A stretch of DNA of 62,927 nt, taken from assembly GCA_964383915.1 (NCBI GenBank), contig CAYLJE010000003.1, positions 1 to 62,927 of the forward strand, written 5' to 3'. The stretch is from an uncultured Rikenellaceae bacterium (GTDB lineage: Bacteria > Bacteroidota > Bacteroidia > Bacteroidales > VadinHA17). Below the pieces are notes generated by a model, which saw only the letters and a program-made list of their open reading frames with translations, had not been told where the DNA came from and made no database searches. Each line of letters begins with the position of its first letter. The stretch's first letter is position 1. The position numbers and the translations under genes were made by a program. This document shows, one piece after another, positions 57,232 through 62,927 of this stretch.

Positions 57232-58170
57232 ATGGAAAAGAAAATAAAAATTAGAGATACTACCAAAGGTTATATCCTGGCTCTGATCTCCACCCTGGCC
57301 ATGGCGAATGTCTATATCTTCAGCAAAGCCGCATTGAATGAAGTGCATTTATTCCAGTTCGGATTTTACTGGTACGGCATGGCGCTGGGCTGGTTGTCTG
57401 TTTACCTTTTATTCAATAAAAAAGCCCGATTGCTTCTGGTGGTACCAAGGAAACACTTTTTCATACTGATGATCATTGGCCTTCTTGAACTGACGGGAAC
57501 AGTTCTTTTTTTTATGGCCATTGAAACTATGGAAAATCCGGCTTTTGTTTCTTTTTTGGCCAACCTGACCCCCTTATTGATCACGTTGCTGGGCTTTATT
57601 TTCCTGCAGGAGCGGTATCAATCTGTAGAGATTCTGGGGATCGTGATGACGCTGACGGGTGCTTTTATCATTAGTTATCAGAGAGGGGACCCTTCCGGAT
57701 GGCTGCGTGAGGGAGCAGGGCTGGTGTTCTTTTCATCGCTGGTCTATTCGGTAGCTTTTGTCCTGGCCAAACGTTACATAACCAGGCTGAATCCTCTCGT
57801 TCTTACCATCAACCGGGTGGTGTTCCTGGAAACATTCATGCTTGTTGCTCTTCTGGTTTCGGGAAAGACTTTTTTCCTGCCGGTGAGAGCTATGCTGAAT
57901 ATTACCATGGGATCTTTCCTCGGGCCTTTCCTTACCGCCCTGGCGCAATACACTGCCATCCGGTATCTGGAGGCTTCACGTACCTCTATCATCACCAGTT
58001 CAAAAGGATTCTTTGTCCTGGCCGGAGCTTTTCTTTATTTTGGACTGACACCCACTGTCTGGCAAGTATGGGGCGGGGTACTTACTGTCGCCGGGGTTAT
58101 CCTGATCACCCTTGGAAAACGATGGATGGGGAAAATATCAACATCTGCAGGAAGATGGAGAAAAGGTTGA
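57232..58170 (+). CDS. DMT/EamA family transporter
   Basis: About 10 TM helices in two EamA-like repeats. Confidence 0.88.
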   Translation: MEKKIKIRDTTKGYILALISTLAMANVYIFSKAALNEVHLFQFGFYWYGMALGWLSVYLLFNKKARLLLVVPRKHFFILMIIGLLELTGTVLFFMAIETMENPAFVSFLANLTPLLITLLGFIFLQERYQSVEILGIVMTLTGAFIISYQRGDPSGWLREGAGLVFFSSLVYSVAFVLAKRYITRLNPLVLTINRVVFLETFMLVALLVSGKTFFLPVRAMLNITMGSFLGPFLTALAQYTAIRYLEASRTSIITSSKGFFVLAGAFLYFGLTPTVWQVWGGVLTVAGVILITLGKRWMGKISTSAGRWRKG

Positions 58171-58374
58171 TTCACTGGTCGTGGTATGATTCTTAGCGTC
58201 TGTATACCATAGAATTTTTGAGAGAAACCCACAATCCGGGTTAAAGAAAATCATTATTGATATTTGATTTACCTTTGTTGTCAACCGGGCAATTTTGATC
58301 CTCTAATTCCCCGTTCCGTTGAAAATTCACCCTCATTGTTGAAAAACAATTTCCCTGAACACGTTGTATTTCCT

Positions 58375-58382
58375 TATCTTTG
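58375..58382 (+). promoter_or_regulatory. -7 element (TATCTTTG) for parE-parC
   Basis: Exact match about 33 nt upstream of the ATG. Confidence 0.55.
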
Positions 58383-58414
58383 CAAAAATCTTTTAGCAGA
58401 AGGAGCATATTATT

Positions 58415-60253
58415 ATGACGGCGAATTATTCAGAAGATACCATTAAAACCCTGGATTGGAGAGAGCATATCCGGAAACGTCCCGGCATGTATATCGGCAA
58501 GTTGGGAGACGGGTCCTCCCAGGATGATGGGATCTATGTGTTATTGAAAGAGATAATGGATAATTCCATAGATGAATATATGATGGGGTTTGGTAAAAAA
58601 ATTGTCGTGACGATCCAGGACAGCCGTGTAACCGTACGTGATTTTGGTCGGGGTATTCCCCTGGGAAAAGTAGTGGAAGTGGCTTCTAAAATGAACACTG
58701 GTGCCAAATATGATTCGAAAGTGTTTAAAAAATCAGTAGGACTCAATGGTGTCGGGATCAAAGCAGTAAATGCGCTGACTTCCGATTTTGTTTTAAAATC
58801 TTTCCGGGAGAAGGAGGTGCATACTGTCCGGTTTGCTAAAGGCAGGTTGCTGAAAGACGAATCGTTACAATCAACAGAAGAATCCAATGGGGTAAGTGTT
58901 GGTTTTATCCCCGATGAAGAGATTTTTGGAAAATATCATTTTGTTTCTGAATATGTAGAGACGATGTTGATGAATTATGTGTTCCTGAATGCAGGTCTCA
59001 CGGTTGAATTCAACGGACAAAAACTTTTTTCCAAAAACGGTCTGCTGGACTTGTTGACGGAGAACCTGTCCCAACCAGGACTCTATACGCCCATCCATTT
59101 AAAAAATGGAGATCTTGAGGTGGCTTTTACCCATGGAACACATTATGGAGAAGAGTATTATTCTTTTGTCAACGGTCAGCATACTGCCCAGGGGGGGATC
59201 CACCTGGCTGCCTTCAGGGAGGCTGTCGTAAAGACTATCCGTGATTTTTATAAAAAAGACTTTGAGGCTGCAGACATACGGGCATCCATCATTGCCGCAT
59301 TTAGTATTAAGATCGAAGAACCTGTATTCGAATCGCAGACAAAAACCAAATTGGGTAGTAAAAACATGGGGCCCGATGGCCCGGGTGTTCGAAATTATGT
59401 GATGGATTTCATGAAGAAAGAATTGGATGATTTTCTCCATAAAAATCCTGAAACGGCTGATATCCTCCTGAAAAAAATTCTGGATTCTGAGAAAGAGCGT
59501 AAAGCCATCTCCAGCATTAAGAAAATTGCGCGGGAAAGAGCCAAAAAAGCCAACCTCCACAATAAAAAACTCAGGGATTGCCGTGTCCATTATAATTCAA
59601 AAGATGAGCGGAGACTGGAAACCACTATTTTTATCACGGAGGGAGATTCGGCCAGCGGCTCTATCACCAAATCACGCGATGTCGAAACCCAGGCAGTATT
59701 CAGCCTGAAAGGAAAACCTTTGAATACGTATGGTCTCACAAAGAAAATCGTTTATGAGAATGAGGAGTTTAACCTCCTGCAGGCAGCTTTGAACATTGAA
59801 GACGGATTGGATAACCTGCGTTATAATAATGTGGTGATTGCTACTGATGCTGATGTGGATGGTATGCATATCCGACTTTTGTTACTTACTTTCTTCCTTC
59901 AGTTCTTCCCCGACCTGGTTAAACAAGGGCATTTGTATATTCTCCAGACTCCTCTTTTCAGGGTGAGAAACAAAAAAGAAACCCGTTACTGTTATGCGGA
60001 AGAAGAAAAGGAAAAAGCGATCAATGCTTTGGGGAAGAACATAGAAATCACACGTTTTAAAGGGCTGGGAGAGATCTCACCCGGAGAATTTAAACATTTT
60101 ATCGGGAAAGATATACGTCTGGATCCGGTGCGTCTGCGTAAGGATGAGCTGGTGGAAGAATTTCTTAGTTTTTACATGGGTAAGAATACTCCCGACAGGC
60201 AGGAGTTTATTATCAATAATCTGCGGGTTGAGGAAGACCTGGTGGAAGCCTGA
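58415..60253 (+). CDS. parE: DNA topoisomerase IV subunit B (Bacteroidetes type)
   Basis: [29 protein letters not shown] and RFKGLGEI motifs; 612 aa. Confidence 0.9.
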   Translation: MTANYSEDTIKTLDWREHIRKRPGMYIGKLGDGSSQDDGIYVLLKEIMDNSIDEYMMGFGKKIVVTIQDSRVTVRDFGRGIPLGKVVEVASKMNTGAKYDSKVFKKSVGLNGVGIKAVNALTSDFVLKSFREKEVHTVRFAKGRLLKDESLQSTEESNGVSVGFIPDEEIFGKYHFVSEYVETMLMNYVFLNAGLTVEFNGQKLFSKNGLLDLLTENLSQPGLYTPIHLKNGDLEVAFTHGTHYGEEYYSFVNGQHTAQGGIHLAAFREAVVKTIRDFYKKDFEAADIRASIIAAFSIKIEEPVFESQTKTKLGSKNMGPDGPGVRNYVMDFMKKELDDFLHKNPETADILLKKILDSEKERKAISSIKKIARERAKKANLHNKKLRDCRVHYNSKDERRLETTIFITEGDSASGSITKSRDVETQAVFSLKGKPLNTYGLTKKIVYENEEFNLLQAALNIEDGLDNLRYNNVVIATDADVDGMHIRLLLLTFFLQFFPDLVKQGHLYILQTPLFRVRNKKETRYCYAEEEKEKAINALGKNIEITRFKGLGEISPGEFKHFIGKDIRLDPVRLRKDELVEEFLSFYMGKNTPDRQEFIINNLRVEEDLVEA

Positions 60254-60288
60254 TCAATCATTTCATTGATGGAGAAGGGAAGGTGGAA

Positions 60289-62927
60289 ATGAATGACGAA
60301 GAAAAAAACGAAGAAGAAAAAATACGGGAAAATGGCCCTGTATCAGAAGAAACCGGGGAAGAGCTGCTGACAAAAGCGGGCTCATCCGACCTGATAAAAG
60401 TGGCTCATCTCTCGGGAATGTATCGTGACTGGTTTCTGGATTATGCTTCTTATGTGATCATGGAGCGGGCCGTTCCCAACGTGGTGGATGGTCTGAAACC
60501 TGTGCAGCGCCGGATCCTGCATGCCATGAAACAACTGGATGACGGCCGTTACAATAAAGTGGCCAATATCATCGGGCACACCATGCAGTATCATCCTCAT
60601 GGTGACGCTTCCATCGGGGATGCCTTGGTGCAGTTGGGGCAGAAGAATCTGCTGATAGATACCCAGGGGAACTGGGGGAATGTCCTCACCGGAGACAGTG
60701 CTGCGGCACCCCGGTATATCGAGGCACGGTTGTCTAAGTTTGCCCTGGAAGTGGTTTTTAACCCGAAAACAACCGAATGGAAACTGTCCTATGACGGGCG
60801 GAACAAAGAACCGGTAACCCTGCCGGTGAAGTTCCCTCTGTTGCTGGTCCTGGGGGGCGAAGGTATCGCTGTCGGACTGGCATCAAAGATACTGCCACAT
60901 AACTTTAATGAACTGTGTGACGCTTCCATCCTTTATTTACAGGGGGAAGACTTTGAACTGCTGCCAGACTTTCCAACCGGCGGTATGGCTGACTTCTCCA
61001 GATATAATGAAGGCTTGCGTGGAGGGCAGATTAAAATACGGGCAAAGATCGAAAAGAGAGATAAAAAAACACTGGTCATTACCGAGATACCCTTCGGAAA
61101 AGTCACAGGATCCTTAATAGATTCGATTATCAAAGCCAATGACAAAGGGAAAATTAAAATCAAGAAAATTGATGATAACACGGCCGAAAAGGTGGAAATT
61201 GTCATTCATCTGGCGCCCGGTGTTTCTCCGGACAAGACCATAGATGCTCTGTATGCTTTTTCCGATTGTGAAGTCTCTGTTTCTCCCAATGCCTGTATAA
61301 TTGACGGGAAAAAACCTGGTTTTATAGGCGTGAAGGAAATACTCCGGATGTCGGCAGATCAAACCAGATATCTTCTCGGACGTGAACTGGAAATACGGAA
61401 ACAGGAACTGGAAGAAGCCTGGCATCTCTCCTCCCTTGAAAAAATTTTTATCGAAAACAGAATCTATCGTGATATTGAAGAATGCACAAGCTGGGAAGAG
61501 GTGATTGAAGCTATTGACAAAGGACTGTCCCCATTCAGGAAACTCTTTTACCGTGAGATTACCAGAGACGATATCATTCATCTTACGGAGATCAAAATAA
61601 AAAGGATCTCAAAATATGATGTTAAAAAAGCAGAAGAGACCATCAAATCCATTGAAGAAGAGATGGAAGAGGTCAAAACCCACCTGGCTAATCTGGTGGC
61701 ATATGCCATCAACTATTACCGGCAGATAAAGAAAAAATACGGGAATGTTTATCCCCGGAAGACGGAAATACGCAGTTTTGAGATTATTGTGGCTACCAAA
61801 GTGGCAGTTGCAAATGCAAGATTATATGTTAACCGGAAGGAGGGCTTTGTTGGCACCAGTCTGAAAAAGGACGAGTTCGTGGCCGAATGTTCGGATATTG
61901 ATGATATGATCGTGTTGTTGCGTGATGGCCGTTATATCATTACCAAAGTGACTGATAAAGTTTTTGTGGGGAAAGATATTGTACATGTGGGTATCTTCAA
62001 AAAGAATGATACACGGACCATTTATAATATTATATACCGCGACGGGAAAGAATCCCGCTACCTGGTAAAACGTAGCGCTATTACAGGGATTACCAGGGAC
62101 AGAGAATATAATATCACCAAAGGAAAACCGGGATCAAGGATTGTTTATTTTAGTGTCAACCCCAACGGGGAAGCCGAGGTGGTTAAAGTCCACCTGAAAC
62201 CTAAGCCCAGATTGAAGAAACCGGTGTTTGATTTTGATTTCGGTACCCATGCTATCAAAGGACGTAACTCCCATGGGAATATCCTGACCAGATATGCAAT
62301 ACAGCGTATTACCATGAAAGAAAAAGGGATATCCACACTGGGTGACAGGAAAATATGGTTTGATGATACTGTGCTCCGTCTCAATGCTGACGGACGGGGG
62401 ATCCTGCTGGGCGAATTCAGTGGCGATGACAGGATCCTTGTGGTGCGAAAGAACGGATCCTTCCGCACTACTAATTTCGATCTGGCTAATCATTATGAGG
62501 ATGATATCCTGCTGATACAAAAATTCAAGGAAGGGAAAGTAGTTTCGGTGGTATATTTTGATGCTGATCGGGAATATTATTATGTTAAGCGGTTTTCCTT
62601 CAAGCCTTCGGAAAAAACGGTTTCTTTCACAGGGGATAATACCGAATCAAAACTGGTGAGTATAACCGAAGTGGAATATCCGCGGCTGGAAGTTAATTTT
62701 GGTGGGAAAAACAAGAACCGACAGTCTGAAATTATTGAGGTAGCTGAATTTATCGGGGTGAAAAGTTTCCGCGCCCGTGGGAAGAGACTGACTAATTATC
62801 AGGTGGTTAATATTACCGAGTTGGAGCCGGTGGTCAAACAGGAATACGGTCAGGAGGAGGACCTCCTGACCGTAGATGAATCGGAGGAAATGGAAGAAGC
62901 AGGGAAGCCCGGTATGATCACAAAGAA
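60289..62927 (+). CDS. parC: DNA topoisomerase IV subunit A (runs off the right edge)
   Basis: Manual translation gives FLDYASYVIMERAVP, DGLKPVQRR, YHPHGD and AAPRYIEARL (catalytic Tyr). Confidence 0.9.
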   Translation, partial: MNDEEKNEEEKIRENGPVSEETGEELLTKAGSSDLIKVAHLSGMYRDWFLDYASYVIMERAVPNVVDGLKPVQRRILHAMKQLDDGRYNKVANIIGHTMQYHPHGDASIGDALVQLGQKNLLIDTQGNWGNVLTGDSAAAPRYIEARLSKFALEVVFNPKTTEWKLSYDGRNKEPVTLPVKFPLLLVLGGEGIAVGLASKILPHNFNELCDASILYLQGEDFELLPDFPTGGMADFSRYNEGLRGGQIKIRAKIEKRDKKTLVITEIPFGKVTGSLIDSIIKANDKGKIKIKKIDDNTAEKVEIVIHLAPGVSPDKTIDALYAFSDCEVSVSPNACIIDGKKPGFIGVKEILRMSADQTRYLLGRELEIRKQELEEAWHLSSLEKIFIENRIYRDIEECTSWEEVIEAIDKGLSPFRKLFYREITRDDIIHLTEIKIKRISKYDVKKAEETIKSIEEEMEEVKTHLANLVAYAINYYRQIKKKYGNVYPRKTEIRSFEIIVATKVAVANARLYVNRKEGFVGTSLKKDEFVAECSDIDDMIVLLRDGRYIITKVTDKVFVGKDIVHVGIFKKNDTRTIYNIIYRDGKESRYLVKRSAITGITRDREYNITKGKPGSRIVYFSVNPNGEAEVVKVHLKPKPRLKKPVFDFDFGTHAIKGRNSHGNILTRYAIQRITMKEKGISTLGDRKIWFDDTVLRLNADGRGILLGEFSGDDRILVVRKNGSFRTTNFDLANHYEDDILLIQKFKEGKVVSVVYFDADREYYYVKRFSFKPSEKTVSFTGDNTESKLVSITEVEYPRLEVNFGGKNKNRQSEIIEVAEFIGVKSFRARGKRLTNYQVVNITELEPVVKQEYGQEEDLLTVDESEEMEEAGKPGMITK

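Noticed and set aside
58270-58370. Extra TACCTTTG element suggesting an sRNA before parE
   Set aside because: No -33 element, terminator or convincing structure
265-62520. The many short opposite-strand or alternate-frame ORFs in the track, and long N-terminal extensions of lplA, hemD, rimM, etfB and the rhomboid
   Set aside because: They shadow well-supported genes, carry no recognisable motifs, or overlap neighbouring genes
1-62927. CRISPR arrays, tRNA/rRNA genes, IS elements, integrases, prophage or defence genes
   Set aside because: No spaced direct repeats, cloverleaf motifs or mobility and defence protein motifs were seen, and intergenic gaps are short

Overview
A 62.9-kb chromosomal window from a Bacteroidota bacterium, probably an anaerobic Bacteroidales relative. 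The basis is the many TAnnTTTG -7 promoter elements and Bacteroidetes-type gene orders (mreBCD-mrdA-rodA, hpt-adk-obg, mutL-rhomboid-rhomboid-EEP, acd-etfA-etfB, parE-parC). Most of the window is housekeeping. I saw no rRNA, tRNA, CRISPR array, integrase or transposase. Four regions stand out. (1) An AT-rich accessory block at about 32.7-39.8 kb carries two tandem DUF4491-like proteins, then a 130-aa membrane-anchored ORF ending in an RAPP ribosome-arrest motif, a switchable hairpin, a TonB-dependent receptor, a truncated FptX/AmpG-like MFS permease and a partial heme cassette (hemN, hemY, convergent hemD). (2) A standalone COG2403 protein looks like the ArcE arginine-synthetase type rather than a cDPG synthetase. 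(3) An ArgR-controlled argR-argG-proC-argH-proB*-proB-proA operon has three ARG boxes, no argB/C/D, a degenerate ProB paralog and a divergent carB with no adjacent carA. (4) An outer-membrane barrel gene is paired with a helix-hairpin-helix plus barrel gene. All product calls come from motif recognition by eye; no database searches were run.
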